DNA from: a virus
Lineage: Duplodnaviria > Caudoviricetes
Strand: one strand, 5' to 3'
Length of the DNA: 43,718 bases
IMG/VR virus record: IMGVR_UViG_3300020045_002595
Location: 1-43,718 of that record
Below, one piece after another: positions 1 to 8,514 of the stretch. The position numbers and the translations under genes are program-made. The notes under the pieces were generated by a model. It was not told the origin of the DNA. It saw nothing but the letters and a program-made list of their open reading frames with translations, and searched no databases. The stretch's first letter is position 1. The number at the start of each line of letters is the position of its first letter.

Positions 1-121
1 CATCAACCGAATGAATATTGCGAGCCATGCCGCCACTATGCTATTTAAATGACAAGGAAGCCACTTTTTAGCCCGTAGGAAGCGATAACAACCAAAAGAC
101 ATAGGGCAGGCAGGGGAAGGA
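1..121. repeat. Terminal direct repeat (copy 1), most likely the assembly overlap of a circular or permuted genome
   Basis: Identical to 43598-43718; an ORF (43496-43645) reads through the junction. Confidence 0.95.
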
Positions 122-147
122 AAGTAAAACGGTAGGAGGGGTGAAAA

Positions 148-345
148 ATGATAAGAATCAGAAAAGAAATATTATTCCAGTTGATGCACAGTCATTCTAA
201 ACTAGCGCAAGCAGAATATGAGCGCAATCCGGCATACAACAACAGCCATTATTCACATAAAGCTGAAATAGCGATCACAAACGAGTTAGATAAAAACCTT
301 ATCAATCAATATTTTGATTATGTTGACAAAATGGATGCCGACTAA
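148..345 (+). CDS. hypothetical protein (65 aa)
   Basis: Strong SD (AGGAGGGG) upstream; stop overlaps the next ATG. Confidence 0.65.
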   Translation: MIRIRKEILFQLMHSHSKLAQAEYERNPAYNNSHYSHKAEIAITNELDKNLINQYFDYVDKMDAD

Positions 346-473
346 TGGCCGGTATAGCTAAAACAACACCATGCCGCATATGCGGGGATAAGGCGTTGCA
401 CCAAACTCCGATGAGACAGGGTATGTTTATTGTATGGTCTGCGGTATGCAAACATCATAAAACTCAAAAATAG
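345..473 (+). CDS. small CxxC protein (42 aa, MAGIAKTTPCRICGDK...)
   Basis: TAATG coupling to the upstream ORF; CxxC...CxxH; translated by hand. Confidence 0.45.
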   Translation: MAGIAKTTPCRICGDKALHQTPMRQGMFIVWSAVCKHHKTQK

Positions 474-653
474 GTAAAAATATAAGCTATTGAAATTACA
501 ACCACAAAATGACCACCTTCCACGGGCGGGAGACAAACAAAAAGGAGCGGGGAATGTTTATCATAATTATGTTGGTTGCATGGATATGTAATGGGATTTC
601 AGGCATGCAATTACTTGGTATACTTTTGGCATATGCAATTTCAGATTAATTTC

Positions 654-678
654 AAGCCCCTCTAGACAGGGGCTTTTA
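654..678 (+). terminator. Rho-independent terminator-like hairpin upstream of terS
   Basis: AAGCCCCT-ctagac-AGGGGCTT followed by T residues. Confidence 0.6.
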
Positions 679-697
679 GTTATCTATTGCAAAAATA

Positions 698-1159
698 ATG
701 GGTTTCTGGTATATGAGGCATATGGAAAAGAAAGATAAACATCCAGGCGGCAGGCCTCCAAAATACAAAACACCGCAAGAGTTACATGAAAAGGTGGAAG
801 AGTATTTTGAGTCATGTTGGTTTGAAAAAATAACCGAGTCAGAAGATAAAGACACGGGCAAAATAGAAACGTCTGTTGTACGTTATCAGCAAAGGCCGTA
901 TACAATCGCCGGATTAGCCTATCATCTTGATATGACTACACAAGCATTAAGAGACTATCAGGCCAAAGATGAGTTTCTTTGCATTATAAAAAGGGCAAAG
1001 CAAAAAATAGAAATGAACTTTGAAGAGAACCTATGTGGCAAGAACCCAACAGGTTCTATTTTCTGGCTTAAGAACCACGCAGGGTATAAGGACCGGCAAG
1101 AACTTGAACACTCCGGCGCACTAACACTTGAACAATTAATCACAGGCCGCACAGATTGA
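698..1159 (+). CDS. terS: terminase small subunit (P22 gp3-like DNA packaging protein); true start may be 713 or 722
   Basis: GGRPPKYKTPQEL, PYTIAGLAYHL and IFWLKN motifs; directly upstream of terL. Confidence 0.9.
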   Translation: MGFWYMRHMEKKDKHPGGRPPKYKTPQELHEKVEEYFESCWFEKITESEDKDTGKIETSVVRYQQRPYTIAGLAYHLDMTTQALRDYQAKDEFLCIIKRAKQKIEMNFEENLCGKNPTGSIFWLKNHAGYKDRQELEHSGALTLEQLITGRTD

Positions 1160-2598
1160 ACCCCACCGCATTAAAAGCGTCAGCGAAGATCAAATCATGG
1201 CGCGAGAATCCAGCACAATTTGTTTACGATAATTTTCAGGTAGAACCTGATGCATGGCAGTTAGAAGCTATGCAACCACTCGGAGGGGAACATCAACCTA
1301 GGCGTAGAGTAGTCTGCAAGGCTTGTACTGGCCCAGGTAAAACCGCTTGGCTTGCTTGGATGGGCTGGCATCGGCTCGCTTGCTTTGCTGCAAAGGGCGA
1401 ACACCCAAAAGGTGCTGCGCTTTCAATCACAAAAGACAATCTGGATGACAACCTATGGCCTGAGTTGAGCAAGTGGCAACAGCGGTCAGAGTTTCTTAAA
1501 TCCGCTTTCACTCATACCAAGTCACGGATATATGCAAATGATCACGCTGAAACATGGTTCTTGTCTGCCCGGTCATTTGCAAGAGACGCAGACGCAGAGG
1601 CAATAGGCCGGTCACTTTCAGGACTACACAGCCAATACCCGTTTATTCTTTTGGACGAAACAGGAGACATGCCAACCGCTGTCAGTAAATCAGCGCAACA
1701 GATATTCACAGGTGGCCTTGTTGACGGTGCTATCATGGCAGCAGGGAACCCAACAAGCACCGGCGGGCTACTGTATGAGATTTGCAACGCTAATGGGTGG
1801 GCTGTTATTACAATCACAGCAGATCCGGACGATCCACGCAGAACACCACGAGTTGACATTAACCACGCAAGAGAGCAAATAGAAGAGTGGGGGCGTGATA
1901 ATTCATGGATTATGGCAACCATCCTCGGTATGTTCCCGACTTCTGCAATCAACACATTGTTATCACTGGAAGAAGTAGAACAGGCAATGAAGCGGCATTA
2001 CAGACCAGACGTATACCAACACGCAGCCAAGATACTTTCTTTGGATGTAGCAAGGGAAGGCTTGGACAGTTCTATCTTGACGCAAAGACAGGGCTTGATA
2101 TGCCTACCACAGCAGAAATTCAGGGGTTTAACTTCATTCCCATTAGCCAACAAAGTTGCAGCAACCCACAACGAATGGGGGTCTGATGGCATAATCATCG
2201 ACGGTACTGGTGGTTTTGGCGCTGGTACGATTGACGCCCTTAACGCAATGGGTATACCTTCGCTTGATTGCCAGTTTGCAGGGAAAGCAGATAACCCAAA
2301 GTTTTTCAATAAACGTGCTCAGATACTATGGGACGCTGCACAATGGGTAAAAAGCGGGGGCGTGCTTGCTCCTGATGAACGGCTTAAAAAGCAGATGACG
2401 ACACTTACTTATTCGTATAAGGGTGACAAGATCATCATGGAACCAAAGGATATATTTAAGAATCGCATAGGTCATTCGCCCGATGAGTTTGACTCTTTGG
2501 GTATCTCATTTGCATTCCCTGTAGCCAAGAGGCAACACAGCATATTACCAGGGCAGAACAAGCCAAGGGTGTACGACCCACTATCAAGAGCTAATTAA
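1156..2598 (+). CDS. terL: terminase large subunit
   Basis: Walker A (TGPGKT), Walker B (ILLDE), GNPT coupling motif, nuclease motifs LDVAREGLD and SPDEFD. Confidence 0.95.
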   Translation: MNPTALKASAKIKSWRENPAQFVYDNFQVEPDAWQLEAMQPLGGEHQPRRRVVCKACTGPGKTAWLAWMGWHRLACFAAKGEHPKGAALSITKDNLDDNLWPELSKWQQRSEFLKSAFTHTKSRIYANDHAETWFLSARSFARDADAEAIGRSLSGLHSQYPFILLDETGDMPTAVSKSAQQIFTGGLVDGAIMAAGNPTSTGGLLYEICNANGWAVITITADPDDPRRTPRVDINHAREQIEEWGRDNSWIMATILGMFPTSAINTLLSLEEVEQAMKRHYRPDVYQHAAKILSLDVAREGLDSSILTQRQGLICLPQQKFRGLTSFPLANKVAATHNEWGSDGIIIDGTGGFGAGTIDALNAMGIPSLDCQFAGKADNPKFFNKRAQILWDAAQWVKSGGVLAPDERLKKQMTTLTYSYKGDKIIMEPKDIFKNRIGHSPDEFDSLGISFAFPVAKRQHSILPGQNKPRVYDPLSRAN

Positions 2599-2599
2599 C

Positions 2600-2628
2600 T
2601 TGACAAAACAGCGTTATTCTGATACTAC
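2600..2628 (+). promoter_or_regulatory. putative sigma70 promoter for the head genes
   Basis: TTGACA-17 bp-TACTAC with an extended TG. Confidence 0.5.
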
Positions 2629-2652
2629 ATACACAATTCTAACGGGGTAAAT

Positions 2653-2889
2653 ATGAAAACATTTATTTTAAATTTGCTCTTGATACCATTTGGTTGCTTC
2701 GGCGGCGGTTCCCCAAGTCCGCCACCTGCACCACAAGCAGCACCAGAAATGCAAGATAAAGGTGTTGTCGATGCTCGTGATTCAGAACGCAGACGTAGAC
2801 AATTGGCCGCTGGTAATACTAATTTTACCGGGCCACGTGGTGTACCTGCTCCGGCTTTGACGCAGATGAAATCGCTTTTAGGACAGTAA
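2653..2889 (+). CDS. small virion protein upstream of the portal (CFGGG-Pro-rich...KSLLGQ family) with a hydrophobic leader
   Basis: Pro-rich N-terminus, RRRR and terminal LLG typical of the pre-portal gene of epsilon15/BPP-1-like phages. Confidence 0.8.
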   Translation: MKTFILNLLLIPFGCFGGGSPSPPPAPQAAPEMQDKGVVDARDSERRRRQLAAGNTNFTGPRGVPAPALTQMKSLLGQ

Positions 2890-3042
2890 ATGACCAACAA
2901 AGATAAACAGGAATACGATAAAGCCCACAGAAATATAATGTTGCTTGGCACTGGAGCTGTTTTTGTCGGTGACGATGGTTCAGTCAAAAGAATTAAACCT
3001 TCTGATTTTTATCTTATTTATAACAAAAAGAACAAGCAATAA
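2890..3042 (+). CDS. hypothetical protein (50 aa), resembling a short portal segment
   Basis: ATG directly follows the upstream TAA; translated by hand (MTNKDKQEYDKAHRNIMLLGTGAVFVGDDGSVKRIKPSDFYL...). Confidence 0.55.
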   Translation: MTNKDKQEYDKAHRNIMLLGTGAVFVGDDGSVKRIKPSDFYLIYNKKNKQ

Positions 3043-3100
3043 GCATTACCTCAATGGGAGGCGATGTCAAATCGGATAGCTAAACAGGGAGCATCCGTTA

Positions 3101-4759
3101 ATGGAAGAAGTCAAGTATTACCGCAATCGTCATTCCTCATTAGTAACAGAACGCTCCTCCTGGCTAACAATCTGGATGGAGCTTTCGCGTTTTATCTCTC
3201 CTCATTCTTCAAGATTCCTTACCACAGACCGCAATCGTGGCGACAAGAAACTTCAAGAGATAATTGATATCACTGGCTGCACGGCCTTACGTTCATTCAA
3301 GTCTGGCATGATGGCTGGTACTGCATCCGCTTCGCGTCCGTGGTTTCGTTTATCCATATCTGACCCTGCTCTTCAAGAGAACAAGGGCGTCAAGATGTGG
3401 CTTTTTGCTGTTGAGCGTATCATGCGCGATCAGATAGCAAGGTCAAACTACTACAAGACAGTGCCGGTTAAATACGCACATCTTGGGGCTTTCGGCACTG
3501 CTGCTTTCTTAATCCTTGAAGACACTGAAACGGTGTTTAGGTGCTATCCACTACCGGTTGGTTCCTACTGTCTTGGTCAGAACAGCAAGGGCAAGGTTGA
3601 TACCATCAGTCGTGAATTTGAAATGACCGCTAAACAGCTTGTCGAAGAGTTTGGGATTGACAATATTTCCATATCAGCAAAGACCGCCTATGAAACATGC
3701 GCGAAAGATAAATGGTTTAAAGTAATCCATTTTATCGGACCAAATCAGAAGCGTGACCCGTACCGTATGGACAATATCAACAAGGCTTTTGTTGAGTGCT
3801 ATATTGAGCAAGGTTGTGATGAAAACAAATTCTTGCGTCAAGGTGGGTATGATGAGTTCCCTGCTATTTGCCCACGTTGGGAGACTAACGGCGAAGATGT
3901 TTACGGGACTAATCACCCTGGGATGATTGCTCTTGGCCCTATCAAGGGCTTGCAGGTCGAGCAAAAAGACAAACTGATGGCGATTCATAAGATGGTTGAT
4001 CCACCTTTGATCCTTGACGCTATGATGCAGAATCAAGCTGTTGACTCGCTGCCTGGGGGTATTAACTTTGGGAATATCAATAATGGCGGTGGTGGCCGCC
4101 CTCTTTATGAAGTCCAGCCGCGCATAAATGAATTGATGCTGGATATACAGGAAGTCCAAAGGTCTATTAATAGGGCTTTCTTTGTTGATATCATGGAAAT
4201 GTTCATGAACGGCGACACCCCGCAGATGAATAATCCTGAAGTTGAACAACGGGCGCAAGAAAGAATGTGGGCTATTGGCCCGGTTATGGAAGCGATGAAT
4301 GATGAGTCATTTAATCCTACTATTGACCGCATATTTAACATCATGTTGCGTCGTGGCATGTTCCCTGAACCTCCTACAGAGATACAAGGCCAAGAGCTTA
4401 AGGTTGAGTATATTTCGATTATGGCACAGGCTCAGAAGGCTATGGGCGTTGGTTCAATAGAAAGAACAATTGCATTTATCGGCAACCTTGCTGCAACTAA
4501 TCCACAAGTCCTCGATAAACTGGATATGGACCAAAGTATTGATGAATACGCCGAGATGGTAGGCGCCCCACCTTCGACTATTCGCAGTGATAAAGAAGTC
4601 CAAGAAATCAGAGAAGGCCGCGCACAACAGGAGCAGATGGCGAAAATGGCAAGCATGGCGCAACCGCTACAGCAGACGGCACAAGCCGCTAAACTGCTTT
4701 CTGAAACCGACGACGGTACAGGACGCAACCCACTTGCAACCGTGTTGGGGCTTAACTGA
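3101..4759 (+). CDS. portal (head-tail connector) protein, Bbp21/T7 gp8-like
   Basis: SRPWFRL, FGTA, RW..GEDVYG, PPL and VEYISIMAQAQK motifs; size and position. Confidence 0.95.
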   Translation: MEEVKYYRNRHSSLVTERSSWLTIWMELSRFISPHSSRFLTTDRNRGDKKLQEIIDITGCTALRSFKSGMMAGTASASRPWFRLSISDPALQENKGVKMWLFAVERIMRDQIARSNYYKTVPVKYAHLGAFGTAAFLILEDTETVFRCYPLPVGSYCLGQNSKGKVDTISREFEMTAKQLVEEFGIDNISISAKTAYETCAKDKWFKVIHFIGPNQKRDPYRMDNINKAFVECYIEQGCDENKFLRQGGYDEFPAICPRWETNGEDVYGTNHPGMIALGPIKGLQVEQKDKLMAIHKMVDPPLILDAMMQNQAVDSLPGGINFGNINNGGGGRPLYEVQPRINELMLDIQEVQRSINRAFFVDIMEMFMNGDTPQMNNPEVEQRAQERMWAIGPVMEAMNDESFNPTIDRIFNIMLRRGMFPEPPTEIQGQELKVEYISIMAQAQKAMGVGSIERTIAFIGNLAATNPQVLDKLDMDQSIDEYAEMVGAPPSTIRSDKEVQEIREGRAQQEQMAKMASMAQPLQQTAQAAKLLSETDDGTGRNPLATVLGLN

Positions 4760-5094
4760 TGACTCTCCAAGAGATTCAGCAAGAGGCAAGGCAACGTGAT
4801 CTTGCCGACATAGCAAAGTTGATGGACTACGCAGAAGGTAGGCGGGTTTTATACCGGATACTTGAAGAGGCAAAGATATTTCACATTACCGGCAATCTGG
4901 ATGCAATGTATCTGGCTTGCCGTGAAGGTCAAAGGAATATAGGTCTGGCAATACTGAATGACATTATGGAAGCTGCACCAAAGAAATATCAGGTAATGAT
5001 GTTGGAAGCAAAGGAACGGCGACACTTGAGACAGAAACGGGAAGAGGCTGCAAGGACAAAAAAACAGGAGAGCGAAAATGAACGAAAATACTGA
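4759..5094 (+). CDS. Bbp19-like conserved phage protein
   Basis: EGRRVLYRIL and EGQRNIGL motifs; lies between portal and scaffold. Confidence 0.85.
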   Translation: MTLQEIQQEARQRDLADIAKLMDYAEGRRVLYRILEEAKIFHITGNLDAMYLACREGQRNIGLAILNDIMEAAPKKYQVMMLEAKERRHLRQKREEAARTKKQESENERKY

Positions 5095-5680
5095 AACGAC
5101 TGAAACGACTGAAACAACGACAACCGAGTCAACCACTGAGACAACTGAAACCGTTGAAACTCCGGTCACTGAAACAACCACAGAAACGACCACAGAAGAG
5201 GTAAAGACCGAAGAGGTTGAAAAGCCTATCGAGTACGAACCCTTCACAATGGCCGAAGGCTTGACGCTGGATGAGAACCTTGCAAACGTGTTCAAGCCGG
5301 TATTTGCCGAGATGAAGCTTGACCAGGCCGCAGCACAGAAACTTGTTGACCTGTACTCCACCGAAGTAGTCAAAAAACAGATTGACGGCTGGAATACAAT
5401 GCTTGCGTCATGGGATGAAGCGGCTAAGAAAGACCCCGAAATTGGCGGCACAAAGTACGATGCAAGTGTCAAGTCGGCTGAATTGGCTTTTAACTCGTTT
5501 GAAGTACCAGAAGCCAGAGAATTGCTAGTACAGTACGGCCTACATAAAAACCCTGCCATTATCAAACTGTTTTCGCGTATTGGCGCAAAGATGGCAGAGC
5601 CAACAACTATTGTGACAGGTAAAACAGAATCAACCGGCGATGTACTCGCCCAAATGTACCCATCAACCCAAAAGAAATAA
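5078..5680 (+). CDS. capsid assembly scaffolding protein
   Basis: Acidic T/E-repeat N-terminus, DPEIGG, GLHKNPAIIKLFSRIG and C-terminal MYP; precedes the capsid gene. Confidence 0.85.
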   Translation: MNENTETTETTETTTTESTTETTETVETPVTETTTETTTEEVKTEEVEKPIEYEPFTMAEGLTLDENLANVFKPVFAEMKLDQAAAQKLVDLYSTEVVKKQIDGWNTMLASWDEAAKKDPEIGGTKYDASVKSAELAFNSFEVPEARELLVQYGLHKNPAIIKLFSRIGAKMAEPTTIVTGKTESTGDVLAQMYPSTQKK

Positions 5681-5692
5681 AGGAGATACACT

Positions 5693-6700
5693 ATGTCAAC
5701 CCTTGCTATTACTCATCCTACCCTGCTTGATGTAACCCGCGCTGCTGGTTCTGACGGTAAAGTCCAGAACCAGATTGCTGAACTGCTTCATCAGACCAAT
5801 GACATTCTTGACGATATGGTCTGGATTGAGGCTAATGAAGGTATGAAGCATACTGGTATTGTCAGAACTGGTATTCCAGAGCCGACATTCACCAAGTTCT
5901 ATGGACGCACTCAGCCTTCTAAAGGTCAGCGTATTCAGATTTCAGACAACGTAGCTAACCTTCAGGCTTACAGTGAAATAGACGTGAACCTGGCAAAGAT
6001 CAATGGGAATACTCCTGTATGGCGTATGACTGAAGACCTGGCACATTTCGAAGGTTTTAATCAGAAGCTTGCTCGTTACCTATTCTACGGCGCAGAAGCA
6101 ACAGAGCCGGAAGCTTTTAACGGTCTTGCTCCTCGTTTTAATGACCAGTCTGCAAACAACGGCGATCATATCCTGACTTCAGCTGCCACTCCTGACGGCA
6201 CTGACAACGCCTCTATCTGGCTGGTAGGTTGGGGACCAAACTCTATTCACGGCATTTACCCAAAAGGAACCCCTGCTGGTATCCAGATGCAGGATAAAGG
6301 CCAAGTAACCTCTGAAACTTCTGATGGTTTGCTGGAAGTGTTCAGAACCCATTACCAGTGGGGTTGTGGTCTGCATGTAAAGGATTGGAGATATGTTGTT
6401 CGTGTCCAGTTCGATAGTGAAGACCTGACCAAGAATGCTGCTTCTGGCCCTGACCTGATTGATATGCTTCAGGAAGCTATCGACATTCTGCCCGATACAA
6501 ACAGTGTCCGTCCTGTGTTCTATGCTAATCGTCGCGCACGTTCGTTCCTTCGCCGTCAGATTGCCAACAAGGTGGCTGCTTCTACTTTGACCATCGAACA
6601 AATTACTCGCGCTAATGGTGCAATGGTAAAAGCCCTGATGATCGACGGTATCCCCGTAAGGCGTTGCGACCAGCTGACTAACACTGAAACCGGTATTTAA
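5693..6700 (+). CDS. major capsid protein (Bbp17/epsilon15 gp7-like)
   Basis: ELLHQTNDILDDM, FNGLAPRF, DWRYVVR and GIPVRRCDQLTNTE motifs; SD AAGGAG. Confidence 0.95.
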   Translation: MSTLAITHPTLLDVTRAAGSDGKVQNQIAELLHQTNDILDDMVWIEANEGMKHTGIVRTGIPEPTFTKFYGRTQPSKGQRIQISDNVANLQAYSEIDVNLAKINGNTPVWRMTEDLAHFEGFNQKLARYLFYGAEATEPEAFNGLAPRFNDQSANNGDHILTSAATPDGTDNASIWLVGWGPNSIHGIYPKGTPAGIQMQDKGQVTSETSDGLLEVFRTHYQWGCGLHVKDWRYVVRVQFDSEDLTKNAASGPDLIDMLQEAIDILPDTNSVRPVFYANRRARSFLRRQIANKVAASTLTIEQITRANGAMVKALMIDGIPVRRCDQLTNTETGI

Positions 6701-6709
6701 CCAATAACA

Positions 6710-6728
6710 GGGGAGGCGAACCCTCCCC
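6710..6728 (+). promoter_or_regulatory. GC-rich hairpin after the capsid gene (stability or partial attenuation; no U-tract)
   Basis: GGGGAGG-cgaac-CCTCCCC. Confidence 0.55.
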
Positions 6729-6741
6729 AAAGGAGATAATT

Positions 6742-7197
6742 ATGGGACTCATGGATAAACGAACTGAATTTGCTGACGCTGGTGTGGTTACTGGCAACGC
6801 TGCTGCAACTGCCATACTTGGTGATGTAATTGATCTTGAAAGAGCCGGACTTAATATTGGCGTTGGTATGCCTTTGTATCTGAATATCAACATGGATACT
6901 CTGCCTGTTGCCGGTGGTGGTGCTGCTGAGATTCAATTCAAATTGGTGTCTGATTCAACGGCTGACCTTGCAACTTCACCTACTACACATTTTGAAACCC
7001 CCGCAATTGGTAAAGCTACACTTGCTGCCGGTTATACCGTTTGCAGCGTTGCATTGCCTTCCTCTACCACTTACGAGCGTTATCTTGGTGTTACCTATAC
7101 CGTGACAACTAACAACGTCACAGCGGGTAAAGCTAACGCATGGCTGTCTCAGTCGCCACTTGATGCCAACAAATCCTATCCTGATGGCATAGCATAG
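6742..7197 (+). CDS. capsid cement/decoration protein (Bbp16-like)
   Basis: DVIDL...IGVGMPLYL, TLAAGY, RYLGVTYTV and TAGK motifs; follows the capsid gene. Confidence 0.9.
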   Translation: MGLMDKRTEFADAGVVTGNAAATAILGDVIDLERAGLNIGVGMPLYLNINMDTLPVAGGGAAEIQFKLVSDSTADLATSPTTHFETPAIGKATLAAGYTVCSVALPSSTTYERYLGVTYTVTTNNVTAGKANAWLSQSPLDANKSYPDGIA

Positions 7198-7205
7198 GGG
7201 GCATT

Positions 7206-7529
7206 ATGTTAGTACGATCCAAAACAGCGGCTTTTATTAATGGTAGGCTTCTTAATATTAAGGCTGATGGCCTTACTGACCCCTTTGAATACAAGCTGAA
7301 AGAAGGGCGTAAGTTATCAAACAACTTTGTCAAAGTAGGTGAGGAAGTCAAACCGGAAGAAAAGCCATTTGAAATTAAAACAAAAAACCAGATTATGGCT
7401 GAATTGTCTGCTGCTGATATTAAGTTTAACCCAGTAGATAAAAAAGAAGTTCTGGAAAAGCTCTTGGATGATTATATCAAAGAGAAATGCCCCGGCAACA
7501 TCAAGCCCCTGGATAAGACCGTAGTTTAA
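7206..7529 (+). CDS. hypothetical protein with a C-terminal HeH/LEM-like helical motif
   Basis: TKNQIMAELSAADIKFNPVDKKEVLEKLL; common position after the cement gene. Confidence 0.65.
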   Translation: MLVRSKTAAFINGRLLNIKADGLTDPFEYKLKEGRKLSNNFVKVGEEVKPEEKPFEIKTKNQIMAELSAADIKFNPVDKKEVLEKLLDDYIKEKCPGNIKPLDKTVV

Positions 7530-7536
7530 TCTGTTT

Positions 7537-7565
7537 GGGGAGGTGTCACAGCCTCCCCTTTACTT
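7537..7565 (+). terminator. terminator-like hairpin
   Basis: GGGGAGGT-gtcaca-GCCTCCCC followed by TTTACTT. Confidence 0.6.
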
Positions 7566-7576
7566 GTGAGGCCAAA

Positions 7577-7924
7577 ATGAAAAGACTGATTACAATAACC
7601 TTGATTGTTGTTTTTGCAAGTACGGCTTTTGCAGCGGGTAAACTCGTAATGGAAGACAGCAACAGAAATATAGCAATTCAGGGTTTTGCTCCTGATGGTG
7701 CCAAAGATACAACTTTAACAGGTAACAGCCAAACAGTGAATGTATCAAACGACGTTGCATGGTCAGCCTATTGCGCCGCAGATGGTATTTACAGAAATAT
7801 GTCAACAACCACAAAAGCGGGATCGTCAAAAATAATCCCTGATACAACTTGGCATACACGTGTTGTTAATCCAAAATCGCCATTCTTGAATATTTCTTGT
7901 GTTGGCAAGCTGGAAAGGCAATAG
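7577..7924 (+). CDS. signal-peptide-bearing hypothetical protein (115 aa)
   Basis: Start at MKRLITITLIVVFASTAFA|A with SD GAGG; basic, hydrophobic, AxA pattern. Confidence 0.75.
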   Translation: MKRLITITLIVVFASTAFAAGKLVMEDSNRNIAIQGFAPDGAKDTTLTGNSQTVNVSNDVAWSAYCAADGIYRNMSTTTKAGSSKIIPDTTWHTRVVNPKSPFLNISCVGKLERQ

Positions 7925-7926
7925 CC

Positions 7927-8514
7927 ATGACTGACGTGGAAATCTGCAATTTAGCATTAGGTAGGGCCGGTGTAACGATGTTTATCGGTTCACTGGACGA
8001 GCAAAGCAAAGAGGGCCGTGTCATGCGTATGCTTTTTACTTCTGTCCGTGATCGTGTCCTAGAGGCTTTTAACTGGCCGTTTGCCAAGTCTGAGGTTGAT
8101 CTACAGGATATTGGTTCACCCCCTTACGGTTGGGAGTACCGCTATCGTTATCCGGTTGACTGTATTAAACCACGATTAATAACAATTGAAGGATCAAAAG
8201 AGCCGACAACCCCTATACCATTTGAAAAGAGAGAGGATGTCAGCAACCTTGCTATCGTCTGTAACATCTCCCCTGCAAGGCTTGTTTACACCAAGCGAGT
8301 AGAAAATATCCAGTTATGGACTCCATCAGCTACAAGTGCTTTTGCATGGTTGTTGTGTGCCGAGGCTGTTCTGCCCTTATCTGCTGATGCGAAACTTGGC
8401 CAAGCTGCAAACAACGCTTACCAGATAGCAATACATGAAGCTGCAAACAGTTCCGCAAATGGTCAGAGGTCGGACAAAAAACAAACAGATAACTACGTAA
8501 CAGAGAGGCAGTAA
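7927..8514 (+). CDS. tail tubular protein A / adaptor (T7 gp11, Bbp13-like)
   Basis: MTDVEICNLAL, WPFA and YRYPVDCI motifs. Confidence 0.9.
   Translation: MTDVEICNLALGRAGVTMFIGSLDEQSKEGRVMRMLFTSVRDRVLEAFNWPFAKSEVDLQDIGSPPYGWEYRYRYPVDCIKPRLITIEGSKEPTTPIPFEKREDVSNLAIVCNISPARLVYTKRVENIQLWTPSATSAFAWLLCAEAVLPLSADAKLGQAANNAYQIAIHEAANSSANGQRSDKKQTDNYVTERQ

Noticed and set aside
1-121. Biological terminal repeat of T7 type
   Set aside because: The length fits an assembler k-mer overlap and the repeat falls mid-ORF; real genome ends cannot be inferred from it
5087-5215. Tandem ACTGAAACG-like repeats
   Set aside because: They encode the low-complexity T/E tract of the scaffold protein
4849-5691. 280-aa minus-strand ORF with S/V repeats
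   Set aside because: Antisense mirror of the T/E-repeat scaffold gene
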